Origin: Thermoleophilia bacterium | GTDB lineage: Bacteria; Actinomycetota; Thermoleophilia; Miltoncostaeales; Miltoncostaeaceae | DNA: 64,000 nt | NCBI GenBank assembly: GCA_016780995.1 | Contig: JADHKZ010000001.1 | Coordinates: 22,473 to 86,472 of the forward strand | Direction of reading: 5' to 3' | Notes under the pieces: model-generated | Seen by the model: the letters and a program-made list of their open reading frames with translations, nothing else | Told to the model about the DNA's origin: nothing | The model's database searches: none | In this document: positions 51,094 to 62,004 of the stretch, piece by piece | Layout: each line of letters begins with the position of its first letter | Position numbering within the stretch: position 1 is the first letter of the stretch | Made by a program: the position numbers and the translations under genes

Positions 51094-51102
51094 TGCTATC
51101 TT
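51094..51102 (+). promoter_or_regulatory. candidate extended -10 (TGcTATCTT) for the rpmJ/alpha operon
   Basis: Lies 3 nt after the map stop and about 90 nt upstream of the rpmJ GTG. No clear -35. Confidence 0.3.
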
Positions 51103-51194
51103 GCGCGGCCGCGCGTGAAGCCAAACGCGAGCGTTGTCCTGCGCCCGACGCGCATTGCAGCGTCGTTGCCGGGTCACCCATCGAGGAGCAATCC

Positions 51195-51308
51195 GTGAAG
51201 GTCCGTCCGTCCGTCAAGCCGATGTGCGAGAAGTGCCGTGTCATCAAGCGACACGGCAAGGTTCTCGTCATCTGCGAAAACCCGCGTCACAAGCAGACCC
51301 AGGGGTAG
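51195..51308 (+). CDS. rpmJ: 50S ribosomal protein L36 (zinc form)
   Basis: [40 protein letters not shown] at 51195 after GAGGAG. Confidence 0.95.
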   Translation: MKVRPSVKPMCEKCRVIKRHGKVLVICENPRHKQTQG

Positions 51309-51311
51309 TCA

Positions 51312-51683
51312 GTGGCACGAATCGCCGGAGTCAACATCCCCCGCGAGAAGCGGGTGGAGATCGGCCTCACCTATGTGTTCGGGATCGGCCGCACCACGGC
51401 CAACGAGATCCTGGGCAAGGTCGGGATCAGCAAGGACACCTACGTCCGCGACCTGACCGAGGAGGAGGTGGGCCAGCTCCGCGAGGTGATCGAGCGCGAT
51501 TACATCGTGGAGGGTGACCTCCGGCGCGAGCGCGCCAACAACATCAAGCGCCTCATGGACATCGGCTGCTACCGCGGCCTGCGTCACCGGCGCGGTCTCC
51601 CGGCCCACGGCCAGCGGACCAAGACCAATGCGCGCACCCGCAAGGGTCCCAAGCGCACCGTCGGCAAGCAGCGCAAGAGCTAG
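51312..51683 (+). CDS. rpsM: 30S ribosomal protein S13
   Basis: [38 protein letters not shown]. Confidence 0.97.
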   Translation: MARIAGVNIPREKRVEIGLTYVFGIGRTTANEILGKVGISKDTYVRDLTEEEVGQLREVIERDYIVEGDLRRERANNIKRLMDIGCYRGLRHRRGLPAHGQRTKTNARTRKGPKRTVGKQRKS

Positions 51684-51701
51684 CGGGAGCAAGAGGAGCT
51701 A

Positions 51702-52100
51702 ATGGCACGCCAGAAGGCCACACGAGGCCGCACGCGCCGCAAGGCCCGCAAGAACATCGCCGCGGGGCACGCGCACATCAAGACCTCGTTCAACAACACC
51801 ATCGTCACGCTCACCGACCGCGCGGGCAACGTGATCGCCTGGGAGACCGCCGGCTCTGCCGGGTTCAAGGGTTCCCGCAAGAGCACGCCGTTCGCCGCGC
51901 AGGTCACGGCCGACGCCGCCGCCCGCAAGGGCATGGAGCACGGCCTGCAGAAGGTGGACGTGTTCGTGAAGGGCCCCGGCTCGGGCCGCGAGACGGCCAT
52001 CCGCTCGCTGCAGGCCGCCGGCCTCGAGGTCACCTCCGTCACCGACGTGAGTCCCGTTCCCCACAATGGCTGCCGCCCGCGCAAGCGGCGGCGCGTCTAG
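51702..52100 (+). CDS. rpsK: 30S ribosomal protein S11
   Basis: [46 protein letters not shown]. Confidence 0.97.
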   Translation: MARQKATRGRTRRKARKNIAAGHAHIKTSFNNTIVTLTDRAGNVIAWETAGSAGFKGSRKSTPFAAQVTADAAARKGMEHGLQKVDVFVKGPGSGRETAIRSLQAAGLEVTSVTDVSPVPHNGCRPRKRRRV

Positions 52101-52109
52101 GAGGCCGGC

Positions 52110-52730
52110 GTGGCACGCGACCGTGACCCGCAGTGCAAGCAGTGCCGCCGCGAGGGGGAGAAGCTCTTCCTCAAGGGCTCGCGCTGCCTCACCGAGAAGT
52201 GCGCCATCGAGCGCCGTAACTACCCGCCCGGCCACAACGGCCGCGGGCGCATCCGCCAGTCGGAGTACCTCATCCAGCTCCGCGAGAAGCAGCGCGCCCG
52301 CCGGTACTACGGCGTGCTCGAGAAGCAGTTCCGCCGCTACTACGAGAAGGCCAGCCGCCAGCCGGGCATCACCGGCGAGAACCTCCTGCGCCTCCTGGAG
52401 CTGCGGCTGGACAACGTGGTAACCCGCCTGGGCTTCGCGGCATCGCGCCGCCAGGGCCGCCAGCTGGTGCGCCACGGCCACATCCTCGTCAATGGCAAGC
52501 GCGTGGACATCCCGTCCTACCAGTGCCGTCCCGACGACATCATCACCATCAAGCCGGAGTCGGGCGCCACGGACACCGTGCGCGGCGCAACCGAGATCGG
52601 CGCGTCTGTGGCCCCGTGGCTGCAGGCCGACCACGAGTCGCTTTCCGGCAAGGTGCTCAAGGCGCCGGACCGCACCGAGATCGACACCCCGGTGCGCGAG
52701 CAGCTCATCGTGGAGCTCTACTCGAAGTAA
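52110..52730 (+). CDS. rpsD: 30S ribosomal protein S4
   Basis: ARDRDPQCKQCRREGEKLFLKGSRCLTEKCAIERRNYPPGHNG...SEYLIQLREKQRARRYYG. Confidence 0.97.
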   Translation: MARDRDPQCKQCRREGEKLFLKGSRCLTEKCAIERRNYPPGHNGRGRIRQSEYLIQLREKQRARRYYGVLEKQFRRYYEKASRQPGITGENLLRLLELRLDNVVTRLGFAASRRQGRQLVRHGHILVNGKRVDIPSYQCRPDDIITIKPESGATDTVRGATEIGASVAPWLQADHESLSGKVLKAPDRTEIDTPVREQLIVELYSK

Positions 52731-52856
52731 GCAGTGCGCCGGGCCCGGCATGGGCGATGGCGGGGCGCCCCTGACGCGGGGGCCCCGGCCGAGGCCGCCG
52801 GACCCGGTTCCGCGTTCATCACATAACCGGCCACAGGGCCGGGAGGAGCAAGCCAA

Positions 52857-53792
52857 GTGCTCGACATCCAGACCCCGCGCATGTCCTACGAGCCCGAGTC
52901 CGACACGCTCGGGATGATCGAGGTGGAGCCGCTCGACCGCGGCTTCGGCCACACCTTCGGAAACTCCCTGCGCCGCGTGCTGCTGTCGTCCCTCGAGGGC
53001 GCCGCCGTGACGTCGGTGAAGATCGAGGGCGTGCAGCACGAGTTCACCACGGTCAAGGGCGTGCGCGAGGACGTCACGGACATCATTCTCAACCTGCGCG
53101 GCCTGGTGTGCCGCCTGGTGGGCGAGGCCGATGAGATCGAGGTGGAGCTCAGCCGCCAGGGCCCGGGCGTGGCCACCGCCGGCGACATCGCCTGCCCGTC
53201 CGATCTTGAGATCCTCAACCCCGAGCTGGAGATCGCCAACCTGGAGGCCGGTGCCTCGCTGGACATGGTGCTCACCATCGCCCGTGGCCGCGGCTACACG
53301 GTGGCCGAGGGCAACAAGGGCCCCGGCTCCACCATCGGGGTCATCCCGGTGGACTCCAACTTCTCGCCCGTTCGCCGCGTGCGCTACGAGGTGGGGGCCG
53401 CCCGCGTGGGGCAGCGCACCGACTACGACAAGCTCACCCTCGAGGTGGAGACCGACGGCTCGGTGGACCCGCGCACCGCGGTGGCCCAGGCATCGGCCAT
53501 CCTCATCGAGCGGCTGGCCATCTTCGCCGACCCCAAGGACATCCGCCTGCTGGCCGAGGAGGAGATCGAGGCCCCGCCGCCCGGCGGCGAGATGGCCAAC
53601 ATCCTCATCGAGGAGCTCGAGCTGGGCGTGCGCTCGTACAACTGCCTCAAGCGCGTGGGAGTGGAGACCATCGGCGACCTCATCTCGAAGAGCGAGGATG
53701 ACCTCTCGGCCATCCCGAACTTCGGCAAGAAGAGCGTCGAAGAGGTCAAGGAGAACCTGGCCCGCCACGGCCTGGGCCTCCGCGACGACTGA
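52857..53792 (+). CDS. rpoA: DNA-directed RNA polymerase subunit alpha
   Basis: IEVEPLDRGFGHTFGNSLRRVLLSSLEGAAVTSVKIEGVQHEF...ELELGVRSYNCLKRVGVETIGDL. Confidence 0.97.
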   Translation: MLDIQTPRMSYEPESDTLGMIEVEPLDRGFGHTFGNSLRRVLLSSLEGAAVTSVKIEGVQHEFTTVKGVREDVTDIILNLRGLVCRLVGEADEIEVELSRQGPGVATAGDIACPSDLEILNPELEIANLEAGASLDMVLTIARGRGYTVAEGNKGPGSTIGVIPVDSNFSPVRRVRYEVGAARVGQRTDYDKLTLEVETDGSVDPRTAVAQASAILIERLAIFADPKDIRLLAEEEIEAPPPGGEMANILIEELELGVRSYNCLKRVGVETIGDLISKSEDDLSAIPNFGKKSVEEVKENLARHGLGLRDD

Positions 53793-53823
53793 CACCTGAC
53801 CAGAACCGGTACCCGGAGACACC

Positions 53824-54207
53824 ATGCGACACCGCAGGCGCGGACCCAAGCTCAATCGCGATAGCGCGCACCGCAACGCCATGGCGGCCAACCTGGCCGT
53901 GGCGCTGCTGGAGCACGGGCGCATCCAGACCACCGAGACCAAGGCCAAGCTGGCGCGCCAGACGGCCGAGCGGGCCATCACGCTGGGCAAGCAGGGCACC
54001 CTGCACGCCCGCCGCCAGGCCATCTCGCTGCTCCGGAACAAGCCCATCACCTACCGGCTGTTCGACGACATCGCGCCGGTGTTCAAGGACGTCCCGGGTG
54101 GCTACACCCGAGTGACCAAGCTGGGCCCCCGCCAGGGCGACGCCGCACCCATGGTGCTGCTGGAGCTCTCGCGCGAGGTGCCGGCGTCGTCCACCGCCGC
54201 CGCCTAG
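53824..54207 (+). CDS. rplQ: 50S ribosomal protein L17
   Basis: MRHRRRGPKLNRDSAHRNAMAANLAVALLEHGRIQTTETKAKLARQ. Confidence 0.97.
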   Translation: MRHRRRGPKLNRDSAHRNAMAANLAVALLEHGRIQTTETKAKLARQTAERAITLGKQGTLHARRQAISLLRNKPITYRLFDDIAPVFKDVPGGYTRVTKLGPRQGDAAPMVLLELSREVPASSTAAA

Positions 54208-54217
54208 GAGGACCCTC

Positions 54218-54958
54218 ATGATCCGCATGCGCACCATCCTCGCCGCAGGAGCGGTCGTAGCCCTCGGCGGCGTGGCCGTGGTGGCCTCCCAGTCCACCGC
54301 CGTGATGGCCGCCAACCAGACCCAGATCAACGGCATCGTCAGCGCCGTCAACTACTGGACCACCCAGACGCAGGGCTACACCTACGCCGACTACACGGTG
54401 CGGAACATCGCCATCTCGTCGGTCGACACCTCGTACGCCCGAGCGCAGATCCAGCCCACGGCGAAGTACCAGGGGATCATCCCCCAGCAGTGGACCATCC
54501 TGACCGGTGCCGGCTCGCAGTGGACCGTCATCGACGGCGGCGTCAACTTCTGCGACAACGTGGGCAGCATCCCGGCCGCCGTGGTGAACGACCTGTTCCC
54601 GGGCGGTGCGCAGTGCGCGCCCACCAGCACCAAGGCCACCATCGCTTCGGCGCCCAACGGCCTCTACCGCCTGGTGGTCACCGCGCAGCGCCGGAACAAG
54701 ACCAGCAACCAGGCCAGCGTGTTCGTCAGCCTCCAGCAGAACAACGGCGTCAAGGTCACGGAGCGCCGGGTGGGGTCGGTGAATGGCTGGAAGTGGTCGG
54801 TGGTCACCAAGCCGGGCAGCGCCTACGCCACGCTCAACATGACCAACCAGTGGGGATCGGCTCAGGTGCTGCGTTCGCCGTCGTCCTCCACGCCGTACAG
54901 CATGTACGGCTTCCGGGCGACGCAGTTCGGCCTCACCCCGGCCGGCGCGTTCAGCTAG
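54218..54958 (+). CDS. secreted hypothetical protein (Gln/Asn/Thr/Ser-rich, two Cys)
   Basis: Signal peptide MIRMRTILAAGAVVALGGVAVVASQSTAVMA-AN. AGGAGG lies upstream, 10 nt after the rplQ stop. No family recognised. Confidence 0.75.
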   Translation: MIRMRTILAAGAVVALGGVAVVASQSTAVMAANQTQINGIVSAVNYWTTQTQGYTYADYTVRNIAISSVDTSYARAQIQPTAKYQGIIPQQWTILTGAGSQWTVIDGGVNFCDNVGSIPAAVVNDLFPGGAQCAPTSTKATIASAPNGLYRLVVTAQRRNKTSNQASVFVSLQQNNGVKVTERRVGSVNGWKWSVVTKPGSAYATLNMTNQWGSAQVLRSPSSSTPYSMYGFRATQFGLTPAGAFS

Positions 54959-54971
54959 GCCCATCGCGGAC

Positions 54972-55748
54972 ATGCCCGCGCTGCGGCTCGACATCGAGTA
55001 CGACGGCGCGGGCTTCGCGGGCTGGGCAGAGCAGCCGGGCCAGAGAACGATCGAGGGCGTCCTCCGGGACGCCCTCGAGGTCGTTCTGGGCCGACGCCCC
55101 GACGTGCGCGTGGCGGGCCGCACCGACGCAGGGGTGCACGCCACCGCCCAGGTGGTGAGCCTGCAGGTGCCTGCCGGCACAGGCGCCCCGCACCGTGAGG
55201 CCGCGGCCGACCCCGACCGCCTGCGCCGGTCCCTCAACGGCCTGCTGCCGGACGACGTGGCTGTGCGGGCGGCATCGCACGCGCCCGAGGGCTTCGACGC
55301 CCGGGCCCATGCCACCAGCCGCGCCTACGACTACCGCATCCTCACGGGCCCGCCGTCGCCGCTCCGGCGCGCGCGCACCCTGCGCCACACGGGCCCGCCG
55401 CTCGACCGCGCGGCCCTTGACGCCTGCGCTGCCGCCACGGTGGGCCAGCACCGCTTCACCGCCTTCACCCCAACCGACACCCAGCACGTGTTCTTCGACC
55501 GCACGGTCATCGAGTGCGCGTGGTGCGAGGGGGGAGAGGCGCGCGATGAGCTCATCCTGCGCATCGAGGCCGACGCCTTCCTCCGCCACATGGTGCGCGT
55601 GCTGGTGGGCAGCATGCTGGAGGTGGGCCGCGGCAACCGCGACGTCGCCTGGTTCACCGCCCTGCTCCACGGGGCCCCCCGCTCCGCCGCCGGCCGCACG
55701 GCCCCGGCGCACCCCCTCACCCTGGTGGCGGTGCGCTACCCGGAATAG
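54972..55748 (+). CDS. truA: tRNA pseudouridine(38-40) synthase TruA
   Basis: LRLDIEYDGAGFAGWAEQPGQRTIEGVL...VAGRTDAGVHATAQVVSL...FLRHMVRVLVGSMLEVG. Confidence 0.93.
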   Translation: MPALRLDIEYDGAGFAGWAEQPGQRTIEGVLRDALEVVLGRRPDVRVAGRTDAGVHATAQVVSLQVPAGTGAPHREAAADPDRLRRSLNGLLPDDVAVRAASHAPEGFDARAHATSRAYDYRILTGPPSPLRRARTLRHTGPPLDRAALDACAAATVGQHRFTAFTPTDTQHVFFDRTVIECAWCEGGEARDELILRIEADAFLRHMVRVLVGSMLEVGRGNRDVAWFTALLHGAPRSAAGRTAPAHPLTLVAVRYPE

Positions 55749-55772
55749 CCGGCCTCACGCGGCGCTGAGGGC

Positions 55773-55881
55773 GGGCCGAGGGTGTTCCCTCCGGTCGCGA
55801 ATCGGAATCGCAAGGTCGCCGGGGCCGTGCCCCGGCGACCTGGGCGTCGTTTCGTCTTCCCTCCGGGAACACCCCCGGCCC
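55773..55881 (+). repeat. conserved structured element, copy B
   Basis: Identical 27-nt blocks at 55785-55811 and 55842-55868. Closing stem is 17 bp with 1 mismatch (55773-55789 with 55865-55881). Inner 11-bp hairpin is 55814-55824 with 55830-55840. Confidence 0.6.
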
Positions 55882-55938
55882 TCATCGGCGTCCAGCGCAG
55901 CGCGGGCACTCCGCGTGCGGGACTACCATGAGGTCTCG

Positions 55939-56745
55939 GTGAGGATCCTGGTGACCAACGACGACGGCGTGGACGCGCCGGGCATCCTGGCCCTGCGGCA
56001 GGCGGTGGACCACCTGGGCGAGGTGTTCGTCATCGCGCCCGATGCCAACCGCAGCGCCATCGCGCGCGGGATCACCATCCACGACCCACTGGTGGTGGAC
56101 GACGTGCAGATGTCGGACGGCCACCCGGCCCATGCCGTCAGCGGCACCCCCGTGGACTGCGTGCGGCTGGGGGCGCTTGGGCTCATCGGCGATCCGCCGG
56201 ATGTGGTGGTGAGCGGCGCCAACCTCGGGCTCAACCTTGGTGACGACGTCACCTACTCGGGCACGGTGGCCGCGGCGCTGGAGGGCGTGATGCTGGGCAT
56301 CCCCGCCATCGCGGTGAGTCAGGACGCCCTTGGCGGGGGCAGCGGCCCGGGGCTCGACTACGACTTCTCGGCGGCCGTGGCGTTCGCCGCCAAGCTGGTG
56401 CCGCTGGCATGCGAGGAGCAGTTCCCTCGCCACGTGATCTTCAACGTCAACGGGCCCGGCGTGCGGCCGGCCGACCTGGCCGGGGCCAGGGTCACGCGAC
56501 TGGGCCGCCGGGTGTACGACGACTCCCTGGTGCTCGAGGGCTCGCAGGGCAGCTCACGGCACTTCCGCATCTACGGCGAGCCCATGAGCCACGACAAGCA
56601 GCCCGGCACGGACCTGTCGGCCATTGACGACAACTTCCTGTCGGTCACCCCCCTGCACTTCGAGCTCACCGACTTCCCCGGCATCGACCGCATGGAGAGC
56701 TGGCGGCTGGACGAGATGCTGCAGTCGGTGGCCGGGGTGTCCTGA
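55939..56745 (+). CDS. surE: 5'/3'-nucleotidase SurE
   Basis: VRILVTNDDGVDAPGILALRQAV...VIAPDANRSA...VVSGANLGLNLGDDVTYSGTVAAALEG. Confidence 0.93.
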   Translation: MRILVTNDDGVDAPGILALRQAVDHLGEVFVIAPDANRSAIARGITIHDPLVVDDVQMSDGHPAHAVSGTPVDCVRLGALGLIGDPPDVVVSGANLGLNLGDDVTYSGTVAAALEGVMLGIPAIAVSQDALGGGSGPGLDYDFSAAVAFAAKLVPLACEEQFPRHVIFNVNGPGVRPADLAGARVTRLGRRVYDDSLVLEGSQGSSRHFRIYGEPMSHDKQPGTDLSAIDDNFLSVTPLHFELTDFPGIDRMESWRLDEMLQSVAGVS

Positions 56746-56749
56746 GCAG

Positions 56750-59493
<2,744 letters not shown>

Positions 59494-59513
59494 GCCGTAG
59501 TCCCGGCCCGGGC

Positions 59514-60797
59514 TCAGGTGGCGGAGTCAGCCCTACCGGTGGCCAGCAGGGTGACGGCGCGGTCCATGGCCTTCTGCGCGCCGCCGACGTCGCTCGTATT
59601 CATGAGGAACGCGAAGGCGTAGGGCACGCCCGCCTTGCTGGTGACCGTGCCGGCGAGCGATGCCACGCCGTTGATGTAACCGGTCTTGGCGTGCACGCGG
59701 TAGCGCACGGCCGGGCCCTTGAGGCGGCGGATGAGCGTGCCCTCGCCGCCCCGGGGCATGGAGTCGATGAGCACCCGGCCCCACTGGGGGTTGGCCTGGG
59801 CGTCCTTGAGTACCCCCACCAGCGTGGTGGCCGACACCCGGTTGCTGTGCGACAGCCCCGAGCCGTCGATGAAGTCGTCGGATGCCGTGAGCACCCCGCG
59901 CTCGCGCATGAGCTGCTCGGCACGCCGGGTGCCGGCCGGCGTGGATCCGCGGCCGGTGCCGTAGGCGCCCACGCCCTTGGTGAGGGTCTCGGCGATGAAG
60001 TTGTCGCTGGTGGCGTTCATGTAGCCCAGGATCCGCGACATGGGCTTGGAGCGCACCTGGCCCAGGATGGCGCCGCCGGGGGCATCGCGGCCCGCTCGCA
60101 CCGGACCGGAGACCCGCACGCCCTGTCTCCGGAGTGCCGCCGCCAGGCGCTGCCCGGCGGCGATGGCCGGGCTCGACACGTTGGCGCCGTTGTCTGCCCG
60201 GTTCTGGTTGGTGGCGATGCCGGAGAGCGGCGGGCACTCGTAGCGGTAGCTGCTCTTCCACAACGGTCCCAGGCGCTGGCGGTCGAACAGGGTCTCGTCC
60301 ACCACCACGCCGCCAGTGATGCGCGTGGTGCCCTTCTCGCGGATGTCGCGGGCGAGGTCGTCGATGGGAGTTCCAAGGCCGCGGAAGTTGGCGCGCGAGT
60401 ACGCCCGCGTGGACAGCATGGGGTCGCCCGCGCCGATGAGATACGCGGGGCCGTTGACGGTGCCCCCCGGCCCCTTGGTGTCGGGGCCGGCCTCCACGCG
60501 CGTGGTGAACCGGAAGTCGGGGCCCACGGTCATCAGTGCCGATGCCGCGGTGATGATCTTCATGGTGGATGCCGGGGCCAGGGCGGTGGAGGGCCGCCAC
60601 GATGCGATGGTGGCCGGGCCCGTGGGCCCCATGCGCTCCACCAGCACGCTGATAGTGGGGTTCTTCGAGGCGAAGGCGTCGATTGTCTTTGCCACCGGGT
60701 TCTGCTGGGCCGCTGCCGTGCTTGCAGCCATGGCCAGAGCCCCCGTGGCGACAAGGGCGATGAGGGCCCGGCGGGGCCTGCGGGGCGGGCGCGTCAC
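59514..60797 (-). CDS. dacB: D-alanyl-D-alanine carboxypeptidase/endopeptidase (PBP4, peptidase S13)
   Basis: SxxK (ASTMK), SxN (TSDNF) and KTG (AKTGY) motifs. Signal-like N-terminus. GTG start. Confidence 0.88.
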   Translation of the reverse strand: MTRPPRRPRRALIALVATGALAMAASTAAAQQNPVAKTIDAFASKNPTISVLVERMGPTGPATIASWRPSTALAPASTMKIITAASALMTVGPDFRFTTRVEAGPDTKGPGGTVNGPAYLIGAGDPMLSTRAYSRANFRGLGTPIDDLARDIREKGTTRITGGVVVDETLFDRQRLGPLWKSSYRYECPPLSGIATNQNRADNGANVSSPAIAAGQRLAAALRRQGVRVSGPVRAGRDAPGGAILGQVRSKPMSRILGYMNATSDNFIAETLTKGVGAYGTGRGSTPAGTRRAEQLMRERGVLTASDDFIDGSGLSHSNRVSATTLVGVLKDAQANPQWGRVLIDSMPRGGEGTLIRRLKGPAVRYRVHAKTGYINGVASLAGTVTSKAGVPYAFAFLMNTSDVGGAQKAMDRAVTLLATGRADSAT

Positions 60798-60818
60798 GAC
60801 GGGCAGCAGGCTAGCGAG

Positions 60819-60848
60819 GGCCCCGGCGCCCGAAGCGGCGCCGGGGCC
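60819..60848 (-). terminator. GC-rich hairpin between the small HTH-like gene and dacB
   Basis: Perfect 12-bp stem GGCCCCGGCGCC/GGCGCCGGGGCC with a 6-nt loop. No U-tract (I-shaped). Confidence 0.4.
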
Positions 60849-60857
60849 ACGGCAACA

Positions 60858-61055
60858 TCACGCAGCCAGCAGCTCCTGCGCGTCGGTGTCGTCCGGGAAC
60901 CGGTGCCCGGTCTCGAGCAGGCTGGTGATGACCAGGGTCTTGTCCACCCGCCCGTTGTAGATGGGTATCGACTGCTCCAGGCAGTAGCGCACCAGCCGTT
61001 CGGTGCGCATGCCGATCGCTTCGGCCATCTGGTCCGGGGTCAGGTGATTCGCCAT
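60858..61055 (-). CDS. small putative helix-turn-helix DNA-binding protein
   Basis: MANHLTPDQMAEAIGMRTERLVRYCLEQSIPIYNGRVDKTLV... The ATG at 61055 is preceded by GGGAGGA. Confidence 0.55.
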   Translation of the reverse strand: MANHLTPDQMAEAIGMRTERLVRYCLEQSIPIYNGRVDKTLVITSLLETGHRFPDDTDAQELLAA

Positions 61056-61179
61056 GTCATCCTCCCTGTGCGATCTGCTTTGGACAACGGTACGCCGTGC
61101 GCCGGATGGCGGCACCCCGGGGCTTCGCAAAGACCGCCGAAAAAAGATGGTGATGGGCTAGGATCCCACGGCTTCATCG

Positions 61180-61253
61180 CGGGGTGTGGCGCAGCTTGGT
61201 AGCGCGCTCCGTTCGGGACGGAGAGGTCCCCGGTTCAAATCCGGGCACCCCGA
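61180..61253 (+). tRNA. tRNA-Pro (anticodon CGG)
   Basis: Hand-folded. Acceptor CGGGGTG/CACCCCG, D-arm GCGC/GCGC, anticodon stem CTCCG/CGGAG with loop TTCGGGA, T-arm CCCGG-TTCAAAT-CCGGG. Confidence 0.95.
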
Positions 61254-61286
61254 TGAAGCCGTTTCCGCGGTCGAGAAGGGGAAAAG

Positions 61287-61718
61287 ATGGGGCCCGATTC
61301 CACTCCTGCGGAGATCCTCAAGGAGACCTGCACCATCGCCATGATTGGTGCGTCGCCCGACCCCTCCAAGCCCTCCTATGGGGTGATGGAGTACCTCATG
61401 GCGCAGGGCTACAAGGTGATCCCCGTGCGCCCGGGCGACGGCGAGATCCTGGGGATGCCAATCGTCAATTCACTTCAGGAGATCGGCGAACCCATCCACA
61501 TGGTGGATGTGTTCCGCAAGTCGGAGGCGGCGCCAGAGGTGGCGCGCCAGGCGGTCGCCGTGGGAGCCACGTCGCTATGGCTGCAGCCGGGCTGCGTGAG
61601 CGACGAGGCCCATGACATCGCCACGCAGGCCGGGCTGGCATTCGCCGAGGACATCTGCACCAGGCAGGTGCACCGCGACGAGGGCGTGGGGGCCATCGGC
61701 CCTTCGCTGCTGCCCTAG
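61287..61718 (+). CDS. CoA-binding domain protein (YccU/YneT-like)
   Basis: CTIAMIGASPDPSKPSYGVMEYLMAQGYKVIPVRP...IHMVDVFRKSEAAPEVARQAVAVGATSLWLQPG. Confidence 0.85.
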   Translation: MGPDSTPAEILKETCTIAMIGASPDPSKPSYGVMEYLMAQGYKVIPVRPGDGEILGMPIVNSLQEIGEPIHMVDVFRKSEAAPEVARQAVAVGATSLWLQPGCVSDEAHDIATQAGLAFAEDICTRQVHRDEGVGAIGPSLLP

Positions 61719-61951
61719 ACGGTGACCACGCCCTCCACCTCGGGCAGCTCGCGGCGGAGCTCCGCCTCGATGCCCAGGGTGAGGGTGGCGGTGCTCATGG
61801 GGCAGCCGCCGCAGGCGCCCAGCATGTGCAGGTGGACGAACCCCTCGTCGTCGAAGTCGACCAGCTCCACGTCGCCGCCGTCCGCGTGCAGCGCGGGTCG
61901 GATGCGCTCAAGAACGTCCTCGATGCGTGTAAGGGTCTCGACGTCCGCCAT
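61715..61951 (-). CDS. NifU-like (Nfu C-terminal domain) Fe-S cluster protein
   Basis: MADVETLTRIEDVLERIRPALHADGGDVELVDFDDEGFVHLHMLGACGGCPMSTATL. The ATG at 61951 follows GGAGGA. Confidence 0.85.
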   Translation of the reverse strand: MADVETLTRIEDVLERIRPALHADGGDVELVDFDDEGFVHLHMLGACGGCPMSTATLTLGIEAELRRELPEVEGVVTV

Positions 61952-62004
61952 GGTTCCTCCGGTTCGCGTGGCGACGGGCACAATGGTAGCGCGGGGGGTG
62001 GCTG

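Noticed and set aside
51092-51194. A degenerate infA remnant in the map-rpmJ spacer.
   Set aside because: None of the three forward-frame translations resembles the IF-1 S1-fold sequence, and the spacer is too short for the gene.
55773-55881. The repeated element as a MITE with terminal inverted repeats.
   Set aside because: The distal parts of the closing stems are not conserved between the two copies and only their complementarity is kept. No target-site duplication or transposase is visible. Insertion into pre-existing terminator hairpins cannot be fully excluded.
61180-62000. tRNA-Pro as an integration site for a genomic island.
   Set aside because: No integrase, no direct repeat of the tRNA 3' end and no compositional shift lie downstream. 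The following genes are ordinary housekeeping types.
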